Below, piece by piece: positions 53,068 through 62,065 of a DNA stretch of 64,000 nucleotides. Source of the DNA: a plasmid; sequence record NZ_CP148139.1. One strand, written 5' to 3'. The notes under the pieces are model-generated. The model had not been told where the DNA came from. It ran no database searches and saw nothing but the letters and a program-made list of their open reading frames with translations. Made by a program: the position numbers and the translations under genes. Numbering within the stretch: position 1 is the first letter of the stretch; the number at the start of each line of letters is the position of its first letter.

Positions 53068-54099
53068 TTAAGGTTTTGTAACTTGAGATCGTTTTTGGAT
53101 ATATTCAACAAATAGAATTGGGTCATTTAAAATATCGTCTGGCATATCTTTGATTATGTCGCTGTCAATATATCCATTGTGATTAAGGGGAAGTGTGCTT
53201 GTGTAATCTTGTTCAGAAATTAGTTTTGCATCTTTAGCAATCAACACAGTGCGTTCCTTCAGAGAATCACTACTGATAGCGCTAAATGAAATGATTCTGA
53301 TATCTTTAGGGGGTATGGCTAATGCAATCGCTGGTACATTAGTAATTCCAAGTTTTTTGGCTTGACCGGTATCAATTTTCATATTGTTAAATTCATTTTG
53401 AGGTAGAGGGAGACCATCAACAGAAATAGGAATTACATTTATGCTAGTTTCATGACTAAATGTTTTTAAAACAAAGGCTTGCTTCTCACATAAAGGACAG
53501 TCCTTTCCTTTAAAAAAGAAAAAGATACCTGCTTTACTTGAAATGCTATTCAAAACACGTCCTCTATTTTCGTCAGCTACTCGTGTTTGCTCCATAGCCG
53601 CAAATGAGGATGTGGATCGGCGATTGTTTTCATCAATGAAAGGATCAGTAGTAGTTACCAGTCTCGCCATATCTGCATAACGGCTGGCTTTGTCCAGCAT
53701 GATCCGTTGCACGTAATAGTATCGCCTTACATTCTCTTTAGTCGGATTGTCAATTGCCTCATCTCGTAACTTCTGAATGTTTTCCCGATACCATTTAACA
53801 GTAAATTTCGGCTCTGGTGCAGGAGCTGGCGCTGGTATTAGTTTTGGTTCAACTGGCTTAGGTTTTGGTGTATCTGGTTTTGGTTTAGTTGGAATGATTG
53901 GCTTTGGTTTCGTGACTTGCTTTTCATTATAGAAAAACCACCCTTCATCTTTTTTTTCCAAGTCTTGTACACTTCCACCAATTACCTGCTCAGAATCATC
54001 GTATGCTTTCTTGGGCTCCTGATTTGCCAAAGAATAACCTGTTCCTGAAAATGAGATAGCTACAATTACAGCCATAGATAAATATTTATGTTTTCTCAT
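53068..54099 (-). CDS. traF: TraF-like periplasmic thioredoxin-fold protein with CxxC (CPLC) and an N-terminal Pro/Lys-rich linker
   Basis: Signal peptide, a PKPKPxxPKP...PAPAPAPEP linker and a thioredoxin-like FFFFKGKDCPLCEKQAFVLKTF. Sits in the traF position before traH. Confidence 0.6.
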   Translation of the reverse strand: MRKHKYLSMAVIVAISFSGTGYSLANQEPKKAYDDSEQVIGGSVQDLEKKDEGWFFYNEKQVTKPKPIIPTKPKPDTPKPKPVEPKLIPAPAPAPEPKFTVKWYRENIQKLRDEAIDNPTKENVRRYYYVQRIMLDKASRYADMARLVTTTDPFIDENNRRSTSSFAAMEQTRVADENRGRVLNSISSKAGIFFFFKGKDCPLCEKQAFVLKTFSHETSINVIPISVDGLPLPQNEFNNMKIDTGQAKKLGITNVPAIALAIPPKDIRIISFSAISSDSLKERTVLIAKDAKLISEQDYTSTLPLNHNGYIDSDIIKDMPDDILNDPILFVEYIQKRSQVTKP

Positions 54100-54334
54100 T
54101 GAAATTCACTTATGTTTGATGACAGCGACCTAATAAAAATGTTTTGCATTAGGAAAACACTGTTTTTATTCATTTTTTACATGGAAAATATTTGTATTTT
54201 ATAATTGCAATAATTATTTTTTCTTGTATTAGGGTGATAAATTTCAAGCAAAAAAAAGCCCCCGACGAAGGAGGCTTTATAGTTGTTGTAAGTGAAAACA
54301 AACTTTGTGTAACAACGCGAAAAGTAACCTTTTA

Positions 54335-56110
54335 CTATCGTGCTGTGACTATTAAATTTGCACACATTTGAAGTATGGATTGCTCAATTTCATTGAAATT
54401 ATTGATAAATATTGTATTTTTACCAAATATCCCCTTGAAATAGGCTTCGTTTGCACCATCTTCGTTCAATACAAAGGTACAGACTTCTATCCCTTCGATT
54501 GTTGCTGAATTGATGATTTCTTTTGTCTTTTTATCATCATTAGGTTCCCCGTCAGTGATAATAAAAATCATCTTTTTCTTTTCCCTTGATAGAGCGATTT
54601 CGCTTATTACGGGAATCAAACTTTCAGCCAATGGAGTAGAGCCTAAACATCCTTTGTGCGTAAAAACACCTTGAGAAATACTTGCGCGAAGCGGTGTGTA
54701 TCTTGGCTTCATCGTTTGTACTAGTAGTGAATTGGATTCTTCAACGTAAAACGGAAATGCATAGCAAGCGGTTGAAACACCTGAGATATTTAACCCTTCC
54801 AATACTGCAATGACGGAAGATAATGCAGCTCGAATACGAGATGTATCAAAGTGGTATTCATGCATTGAGGAACTAGTATCAAGTAAAATAGAACAAGCAC
54901 AATTTGGGCTTTGGATAACATTTTTAGTCTTAAAAATGTTAGTGTTTCCCGTTTTAACACCTGCTAATTTACTAGATTTAATTCTTGCGCCTTGCTCCCT
55001 TAACCGTGAAGTGGATGTAGTATTATCATGGACTAATTTTTCAAATGACCGGCGTAATCTACTTCCTGTTGTCAAACTTCTTTTAATATCAAGAGAAGTT
55101 ATTGTTTGAGTGGCTTGATCAAAATTCTTCTTCCACTCTGTGTTAATAATAGCAACGTTAAAAAAATCATTAACTATTCCCTTGGAACTCATATCCTTTT
55201 TAAGTTGTTCCTTATTCGAGATTGTAGATGTTATATCTTGAATAACATTGGCATTTATAGTATCGAATGAAACATCCTTAAAAATATCGCTAAAACTCTC
55301 TGGATCTGAATCTAAATCGTCAATATCAGTTTCGGTTGAAAAATTGGCGTCATTAGGTCCATTTGAAGTTTTACCCATACCAGAGCAGTCAGAGTTGCCA
55401 GAACCGTCAGAGTCATTCCCCTCAGAGTTACCGTAATTATCAGAGCTCCCATTAGAAGGAGGTAACGTATCTTGTGGTTTGAGTTGAAGGGCTGTTGCTA
55501 GAACAATGAATAATTTTTTTGCGATCAGATTATTATCGACAGTAGTTGTGGATAAAAGCACCATTTCTAATAATCTATCAACCTTGTCAGAAATTGTTTT
55601 GGTAAAGATTGAAATGAATTGAAGTTTTAGATCGTTAATGTTGTTAACAACGACTCCGTTATATTTACTTCTACCATGCAGTAAAACGTAGTTGATGAAA
55701 AACGTAATTTTTTCCTCAATTGAAATAACGGAGTTAATAGGCTTTTCGGTAAAAACATGTTGTCTTACGGCATCCAAGTAATACTTGGCACCACCATAAA
55801 CATGCTCTAACTTTGATTCAATCCAGATATCTTCGCAAATGTTTTCTAATACACTAATATATTTGTTGCCTGTTTGAGCAACAAATGAAAAATCAGTGAA
55901 TTTGGCATGTCCAATTTCATGAAGTAAAAAACCTAACAAAATATTACCGAAAGATGTATCAGTTGTGTAAGGAATCCCTATTTCATATTTACCACTTTCA
56001 GATACACCACAATACGCTTCATCAGTAGTAAACTTAATTGAAATGTCAAATTTGCCAGCCAATACATTAGCAACGATTGCTAATGAGGCTGCACTTCTTA
56101 ATTGTTTCAT
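54335..56110 (-). CDS. Two-domain protein: N-terminal zincin-like metallopeptidase (HEIGH) and C-terminal von Willebrand factor A domain with MIDAS motif (DTSSS); 'CobT-like'
   Basis: Motifs LLGFLLHEIGHAKF (HExxH) and ILLDTSSSMHEY (DxSxS), plus downstream vWA-like beta-alpha repeats, were seen directly in the translation. Confidence 0.7.
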   Translation of the reverse strand: MKQLRSAASLAIVANVLAGKFDISIKFTTDEAYCGVSESGKYEIGIPYTTDTSFGNILLGFLLHEIGHAKFTDFSFVAQTGNKYISVLENICEDIWIESKLEHVYGGAKYYLDAVRQHVFTEKPINSVISIEEKITFFINYVLLHGRSKYNGVVVNNINDLKLQFISIFTKTISDKVDRLLEMVLLSTTTVDNNLIAKKLFIVLATALQLKPQDTLPPSNGSSDNYGNSEGNDSDGSGNSDCSGMGKTSNGPNDANFSTETDIDDLDSDPESFSDIFKDVSFDTINANVIQDITSTISNKEQLKKDMSSKGIVNDFFNVAIINTEWKKNFDQATQTITSLDIKRSLTTGSRLRRSFEKLVHDNTTSTSRLREQGARIKSSKLAGVKTGNTNIFKTKNVIQSPNCACSILLDTSSSMHEYHFDTSRIRAALSSVIAVLEGLNISGVSTACYAFPFYVEESNSLLVQTMKPRYTPLRASISQGVFTHKGCLGSTPLAESLIPVISEIALSREKKKMIFIITDGEPNDDKKTKEIINSATIEGIEVCTFVLNEDGANEAYFKGIFGKNTIFINNFNEIEQSILQMCANLIVTAR

Positions 56111-56174
56111 ATATATACCTATTTAAATAAAAACGCCTGAATAAATTCAGGCGTTAGTTTGGTTTCCCATATTA

Positions 56175-57362
56175 TTAGTAGAAAAATGGAACATCCTGAT
56201 TTTCATCTTCAACACTAAAGGATGAACTTGCAGGTAGATCCGAAGAAACTACTTCAGGTTCTGATTGAACATCAATTGGTGTCGGAGTTGGTGTCGTATT
56301 TTCTACAACATCTTGACTCACATTCGGCACTGTAACCGTTTGTGAGTTTTCGGCGACATTCACAATGTTTAAATCGTTTTCTGTTGGTTCAGCAAGATCA
56401 TCTTCATCGACTACAATTTCAATGAAATCACTATCAGTATTACCCGTTACAGGTACTGAAGTTGGTATGGCAATTGATACATCAATGTTGTTTGTAGTTT
56501 GTGGTAAAACAGTTAATTCCACATCTGATACATTGTTCACATTGGTGGAGTTTATTAACTGCTTCAAAGTTTTAATGTCTGATAACGTAATAAAAAGTGT
56601 TGTTACGGCAATTGATTCGTCATTAGACAATCTCCCAACGCTTGGCAACGTTGAAATAAAGTTACTCAAATAATCACTTAAACTGCCAGCATCTGGATTT
56701 AATACAGCTAATCCTTTCAGCTTACTTGCAACTTCTCGTAACGTATTGAGTGTAGTTTGAGATATGTTTGATGCATTGTATGAGCCACGTTCCCGTAACT
56801 CAGAAATTCTATCAACAACATCAAGCAGGACAGATTCTTTAAGGCTTTGTACTTTTTCTTCTGACTCGCCTTCACCAAAGGGTGAAATATTGAAAGAAGA
56901 AAAACCAAATTGTAGCTTTTCATCTAACCGCTTGACGTCAATCACTTCGGACTCAAACAGTTTTTTTACAGTTTCATCTTCTTTATCTAACCATGAAAGA
57001 AAATCAGTTGATATAGCGGATAAAAACTCATTTTTGAATATATAGAATTGGTCCTTTAAATCATTCAACTGCTGTCTTACGTGACTTGCAAGTGAAGTCG
57101 GCACTGCATACCCGTTCAAGAATGGAACACCATATTTTGAACAGATTGCATCAGCACCAGTACGAAAGGTACGCATTTTGTTGATTTTTGCAGGGTCAAT
57201 AACCTTTTTGGTTCCGAGGCTGGCTATTGTTTCGGGAGGCAGAACTATATCTCCAGTGTTAATAACCTTAATATCTTTACCTTTAAGTGTTTTTCTTCCA
57301 GTAGTTAAACGGATACCTTCCAGAGAAAAAATTACTACGTTTTCAAGAATGTTTGGGCTCAT
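56175..57362 (-). CDS. Hypothetical protein (395 aa) between the AAA ATPase and vWA genes; acidic, T/P-rich C-terminus
   Basis: ORF on the same strand with short intergenic spacers and the shared TTTAAATAGGT initiation motif. Confidence 0.45.
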   Translation of the reverse strand: MSPNILENVVIFSLEGIRLTTGRKTLKGKDIKVINTGDIVLPPETIASLGTKKVIDPAKINKMRTFRTGADAICSKYGVPFLNGYAVPTSLASHVRQQLNDLKDQFYIFKNEFLSAISTDFLSWLDKEDETVKKLFESEVIDVKRLDEKLQFGFSSFNISPFGEGESEEKVQSLKESVLLDVVDRISELRERGSYNASNISQTTLNTLREVASKLKGLAVLNPDAGSLSDYLSNFISTLPSVGRLSNDESIAVTTLFITLSDIKTLKQLINSTNVNNVSDVELTVLPQTTNNIDVSIAIPTSVPVTGNTDSDFIEIVVDEDDLAEPTENDLNIVNVAENSQTVTVPNVSQDVVENTTPTPTPIDVQSEPEVVSSDLPASSSFSVEDENQDVPFFY

Positions 57363-57460
57363 AAATTCACCTACATATTTATATATTTAAAAAAGGCAAA
57401 TAGATAAATCTATTTACCTTGTCGATTTATTAATAATTAAAATTAAAAATAAGATTTGAA

Positions 57461-58468
57461 TTAAGATTTAAAATAAACATTAAACATATCGTTCAATGCT
57501 ATTTTTTCATCTTCAGGAGCTCTGTTAGAGATATGTAATTGCCATGCATCTAACAGAATATCTACCGGTGGTTGTTTAGAACGAAGCATAAAATCGAAAC
57601 GGCGAACAACATTCACAAGGCTTCTAGTTGAAATAGCGGTACTACTGAAGTTAGTGACTGTCGCAGATGTACTTTTACGTACATCGTTAGCCAGCTTTAT
57701 TAGTCCATCCGTCAGTAACTGATGTGATTCAGGATCAGACAAAAATGAAGCAAGTAGCTTACGTTCTTCTTTTTCGGGCATATAGTCAGCCTCAACAAAC
57801 ATAAACCTATCGAGGTTGGCTATATTCTGCGGTTTTACACCACTGTAATTTCCTGTCATATCACCGGTCCCATTACTGTTTGCAGTTACTGCAAATCTAA
57901 AGTTTTCATGGTGATGAATGCATTCATTTGTTTCAGGAATGACAAGAGAACCCATCTCTAAGATCCCGTTGAGGGAATTAGCTACGGAAGGTTCTAATTG
58001 GTCATACTCATCAATCAGAAAAACCAACCCATGCTTATACGCGATGGTTAGCGGTCCTTCATGAAAGACGGTTTCTTGATCACCCGTTAATTTATCGACT
58101 TTTAGCCGAAAACTACCGAGTAAGCTACTCATATCAAGATCAGGACTGGCTGTTACTTTCATCAATCCCCAATTCATACGAGCAGCAATTTGCTCAACTA
58201 TTGACGATTTTCCACAGCCAGTAGGTCCAGAAATCCAGAGTGATGTATCTAATGGGTTATCAAACCACATTAACACATGCTTTCTGAGTGAAGGTTCAAA
58301 CACATACTTCTCATTAAATTTCGGGATATACTCTGAAAATTGATGGTCATTAGAAAAACCCTTGATACTATATTTGCCCTTTAAATTCTCAGGCAGAATA
58401 ATACCTAAAGATTCCATATCGACCGGAGTGTTACGTTTAATATCAAAACTGTTATTTACAGCGTTCAT
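57461..58468 (-). CDS. MoxR/CbbQ-like AAA+ ATPase ('CobS-like')
   Basis: Walker A ISGPTGCGKSSIVE and Walker B VFLIDEYDQ. About 335 aa, the size of MoxR-class AAA ATPases. Confidence 0.75.
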   Translation of the reverse strand: MNAVNNSFDIKRNTPVDMESLGIILPENLKGKYSIKGFSNDHQFSEYIPKFNEKYVFEPSLRKHVLMWFDNPLDTSLWISGPTGCGKSSIVEQIAARMNWGLMKVTASPDLDMSSLLGSFRLKVDKLTGDQETVFHEGPLTIAYKHGLVFLIDEYDQLEPSVANSLNGILEMGSLVIPETNECIHHHENFRFAVTANSNGTGDMTGNYSGVKPQNIANLDRFMFVEADYMPEKEERKLLASFLSDPESHQLLTDGLIKLANDVRKSTSATVTNFSSTAISTRSLVNVVRRFDFMLRSKQPPVDILLDAWQLHISNRAPEDEKIALNDMFNVYFKS

Positions 58469-58521
58469 ATATTTACCTATTTAAATAATAAACATTCAAA
58501 TTAATTTGAGGTTTAAGTTTG

Positions 58522-58890
58522 TTAAATTGAACAATTAATAACACCGCAATGACGTTGACGTTTTAAAACCTCGCCATTCACAAATGTTGTTACTTGTTTT
58601 ACGTTGGTCATGTAAGTTTCAATGTCTAAATCTCTCATGCTTTTAGTAATAAAAGGAATGAGAAAAGATTTTCCACCAATCAAACATTTATTTGTTTTGT
58701 ACTTAACACTCAAGAATTCAGCAAATAAAGCAATGCTATTTGCTTGGTTTAATAAATCTTTTCTTTCGGTGTTTGTAACACGTAATAGCATACGAAGTTT
58801 TTCATTTTCATCTTGAGTTAAATCAATAACGCCAAAGTTTTTTTGATCCTCGGATGCAGCATAAGTTGTCATATTAATGATATTATTCAT
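58522..58890 (-). CDS. Hypothetical protein (122 aa)
   Basis: ORF between the exo and AAA genes on the same strand. Confidence 0.35.
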   Translation of the reverse strand: MNNIINMTTYAASEDQKNFGVIDLTQDENEKLRMLLRVTNTERKDLLNQANSIALFAEFLSVKYKTNKCLIGGKSFLIPFITKSMRDLDIETYMTNVKQVTTFVNGEVLKRQRHCGVINCSI

Positions 58891-58927
58891 TGATAATCCT
58901 TAAAACCTGAATTAAAACTCAGGGTTA

Positions 58928-60034
58928 TTATAAATATTTATATATATCTATTATTGAATCACCTTTCTGATTATTATCGTTATCTTGATAATTATCAGAG
59001 GATGATATTGAATTGGAAGAATGATATTCATAACTTGTTATTGATGTTCTAATTGACGACTCACCATAACAATCAGGATGATCTTCTTCATTGATACCCA
59101 ATTTCTCTCTTAGTTTCTTCCAAGAAAATCGTGGAGCGCTTTGAGATTCTAAATATCGAATTCCAAAGCCTTCAAGCCTCAAGGGAGCATTAGGTTGTAA
59201 CTTTAATACAGATGATAAAACCTTTATTTCATTTCTTATCTGTTCATCAAATGATGCTACTTTTTCTTTAGCTTCATTCAATTGTTTTTGTGCTAATTGA
59301 AATGCAGATTGTAATTCAACTAACTTTTTGGTTCGTGATATTAAATTATCAGGATTAATATTACGTTCTTTTAGTACATCATCACTATTTAAATAAATTA
59401 TATCCTTATTTACATCAAATTCAGGAGGCGTTTTGTTATTAACGCAATTCCAGAATCTTTTGGTGATGGTAACAACCTTATTTATTATTTTGTCATTAAT
59501 TTTTAATTTAAAGACAATAGGTGTTTCTTTAGCAGACCAGAATACCAAGTACCCGTATGTGCTGCCAGTAACTACCATTTGATGATAAACCTGCCATTTG
59601 TAATAGTTGAAAACTGAAGATTTTGCTTTTTCCTCTAATAACATACGGTGATTTTTTGGGGATATATTTTTGAACTCTACAACATCATTATTATCAATAA
59701 GTCCATCAAGTGAGGCTATCATGTGCGGATATTTCCTACTACGCACGCAACATGGACTACTGATTTCCCCATACTGATTCTCAAACCAGTGTCGGGCGAA
59801 CTGTTCGGATAGCTTCCCTACTTCAACTTGCCGTATACATGACAAATCCTTTGGAGGAATAGCACCGATCCATTCTAAATATAAGCTGTAAGGAGTATTG
59901 CTGAACTCATTTTTAACCTCGGGATTTAGTGTGGGGGTACACGTAGCTGTTACACCCGTTTTTCTCCAGCTTAACCATTTATCAGAGCCTTGAATGAGAT
60001 CATATATATCGAAATTATTCATATTAATATCCAA
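58928..60034 (-). CDS. exo: YqaJ/lambda-exonuclease-like PD-(D/E)xK recombination exonuclease with C-terminal extension
   Basis: The N-terminal LIQGSDKWLSWRKTGVTATC resembles YqaJ ...TEEWFAARLGKVTAS. Possible active-site residues lie in ASLDGLI...VEFKN. The gene sits downstream of a RecT-like gene. Confidence 0.55.
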   Translation of the reverse strand: MDINMNNFDIYDLIQGSDKWLSWRKTGVTATCTPTLNPEVKNEFSNTPYSLYLEWIGAIPPKDLSCIRQVEVGKLSEQFARHWFENQYGEISSPCCVRSRKYPHMIASLDGLIDNNDVVEFKNISPKNHRMLLEEKAKSSVFNYYKWQVYHQMVVTGSTYGYLVFWSAKETPIVFKLKINDKIINKVVTITKRFWNCVNNKTPPEFDVNKDIIYLNSDDVLKERNINPDNLISRTKKLVELQSAFQLAQKQLNEAKEKVASFDEQIRNEIKVLSSVLKLQPNAPLRLEGFGIRYLESQSAPRFSWKKLREKLGINEEDHPDCYGESSIRTSITSYEYHSSNSISSSDNYQDNDNNQKGDSIIDIYKYL

Positions 60035-60070
60035 AACCCGTAGATAAACTACGGGTCCGGTTGATATCTA

Positions 60071-61360
60071 TTAATTCCGCTCAATAGTAAGCAAAATATA
60101 ATCAGATAACGGTTTAAATTCGATAATAGACAACTTATTTATAAGTGGTGTCATATCGCTTTGTTTTTTGCAATCAGAGAATAACTGTCGGCAACAAGCT
60201 AAATCAGATTTAACTTGCTCAAGTGTTTTTATAAATGCCACTTGATCTGAACCTGAAACAGTTGAAATGAAATTATCAACATCTTCAAAATTATTATTCT
60301 GGATTGCATTAGTTAGTATTTTATTAAATACATTCTTTCTTTCTGCTATTAATTCCTCCTTTGCATATTCAATTTCAGCAGGATTAAACTCAAAGTTATT
60401 TGAGATTTCATCAAGCATACTTTCAAATGCATTGGTCTTGCTGCACCGTTCAACCAGCTTGTCAATCCGCCGTTTCACTCCATTACGAATGACATCAACT
60501 ACAATAGCCTCAGACACGTTTTTAGGCGAGTCTGTTACTACTGCTGAGTCTTGGTCGGTAAATGCGTGTACAGCTTCATAAGTAGTTGTTTCGAGCGAAA
60601 CAGGACGATTTTGAGTAAAACCCTCACCCCCATCTGTATTCAGATAATCAATTGTTCGCATGATTGCCTGATTAGCGTTAGGAAGTAAGTGTATACTGGA
60701 TTTGATAGCAGTTTTTCTGATCATCTGTGTAGTAAACAACGACCACGGAGATTTATCAGGACTATACAGCCAACTTGCAGATTTTAAACGGGCGCTTGCA
60801 ATATCACGTCTGGTTATGAAGTAAATCAAGTGAGTATCGTCATGCAGAAGGTAGTCAACATACACCCCCCTGAAATTACCTCTTTCACCGATTGAGCCTT
60901 TGTCGAATTGGTCTATAAGAATATTTCCAACATCAGCAAAAGGGTCATAGTGATGTGTTGGTGGTGTCCGTCTGCCATTGAACTCAAATTTATCTTTTTC
61001 AAAAACTAAATCTATAATTAAGTTTTTGCACATTTGAGCTTCAATAGCCATTTTAATTAAACCCAAATACGAGACATCAAGAATAACACGCTCATCTCTG
61101 GGTACTAAGTATGCTAATTTTTGAGCAGGGTCTAACGTTAGTGACGTTGTTGCAAGCTGTAAAAAAGCAGTTTTAAAACTAGCGGGATTATTAATAGCAA
61201 TCGCCATTAGTTTTTTGTTGTTATCAATCTGATTCTTAGCAAAAATTGCTTCATTAAAATACGATGTTTCACTAAGAGAGTTCTCAGTAAATTTCGGTTT
61301 TAAACTTGCGATTATGTTAGAAACAGCTTTGCTACCTTGAACTATATTCGATGATGACAT
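60071..61360 (-). CDS. bet: RecT/Red-beta-type single-strand annealing protein with a roughly 180-aa C-terminal extension
   Basis: TSLTLDPAQKLAYLVPRDERVILDVSYLGLIKMAIEA...VDLVFEKDKFEFNG parallels E. coli RecT LGLEPGSALGHAYLLPFG...QLIIGYRGMIDLARRSGQIASLSARVVREGDEFSFEFG. TTQMIRKTAIKSSIHLLP parallels RecT EEMAKKTAIRRLFKYLP. Confidence 0.6.
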   Translation of the reverse strand: MSSSNIVQGSKAVSNIIASLKPKFTENSLSETSYFNEAIFAKNQIDNNKKLMAIAINNPASFKTAFLQLATTSLTLDPAQKLAYLVPRDERVILDVSYLGLIKMAIEAQMCKNLIIDLVFEKDKFEFNGRRTPPTHHYDPFADVGNILIDQFDKGSIGERGNFRGVYVDYLLHDDTHLIYFITRRDIASARLKSASWLYSPDKSPWSLFTTQMIRKTAIKSSIHLLPNANQAIMRTIDYLNTDGGEGFTQNRPVSLETTTYEAVHAFTDQDSAVVTDSPKNVSEAIVVDVIRNGVKRRIDKLVERCSKTNAFESMLDEISNNFEFNPAEIEYAKEELIAERKNVFNKILTNAIQNNNFEDVDNFISTVSGSDQVAFIKTLEQVKSDLACCRQLFSDCKKQSDMTPLINKLSIIEFKPLSDYILLTIERN

Positions 61361-61437
61361 ATATAAGATACCTATTTAAGAAACAAAAAAACCGCATATA
61401 GCGGCTATTGTTTGAATTGGAATTGATGAATATTAGT

Positions 61438-61935
61438 TCAAATAGATTTTTTACTATCTAATGAATTTAATAATTGGCTTTTTAACAAAAGCTGATTATT
61501 ATCATATTTATTTTCTTCCAATTTTTTATTTGATTCATCAAGCGAATTTCTGGATTTATTAAAGTTTAATATATCCGTTAACTCTCTGATGCGTTCTAAA
61601 CTTCTAACGCGCTGTTGTCTTGCTTCCTCATCTATTTCAATCTCTGATTTTGTTTGGTAAGTATTAACGCCATTGATTGATAATATAAATGGAAGAATAT
61701 AGAATCTTTCTTTAACAATATTGTTAATTACAGATTCTTTTAATTTAACTTCACCCTTTGCAAATATCGTATCATTGCTTTTAGCATTTGATAATATCTC
61801 TGCAAGTTTGAGGTCCTTACAAACTATATGAAAGTAAGCACTTTGATCTTCAAGCATGACATCATAAACTATTTTGTCTTTTACTTGAGTCGAGCGAATA
61901 ATATTTATTTTACCTGAGAATGATAATTCACACAT
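61438..61935 (-). CDS. Hypothetical protein (165 aa), possible OB-fold ssDNA-binding protein upstream of the annealing protein
   Basis: Position analogous to ssb in ssb-bet-exo modules. Weak beta-rich N-terminal half and a charged C-terminal tail. No strong motif. Confidence 0.3.
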   Translation of the reverse strand: MCELSFSGKINIIRSTQVKDKIVYDVMLEDQSAYFHIVCKDLKLAEILSNAKSNDTIFAKGEVKLKESVINNIVKERFYILPFILSINGVNTYQTKSEIEIDEEARQQRVRSLERIRELTDILNFNKSRNSLDESNKKLEENKYDNNQLLLKSQLLNSLDSKKSI

Positions 61936-62065
61936 ATTTTCACCTATTTATTAAATAAGAGACACATAATTAAAACTATGAGCTCAGAGTTTTTGAATAA
62001 AGTATATTCAATGATTGATTATATTTTATTAGGGCGTAGAAAAGCCTTGACTGTTAAGCGTGATG

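Noticed and set aside
54177-54365. 62-aa ORF between the vWA gene and traF
   Set aside because: It overlaps a terminator-like hairpin and a promoter-like AT-rich DNA, has no RBS and an odd composition. More likely a regulatory spacer.
56365-57390. Plus-strand ORFs antisense to the 395-aa gene
   Set aside because: Antisense and low complexity.
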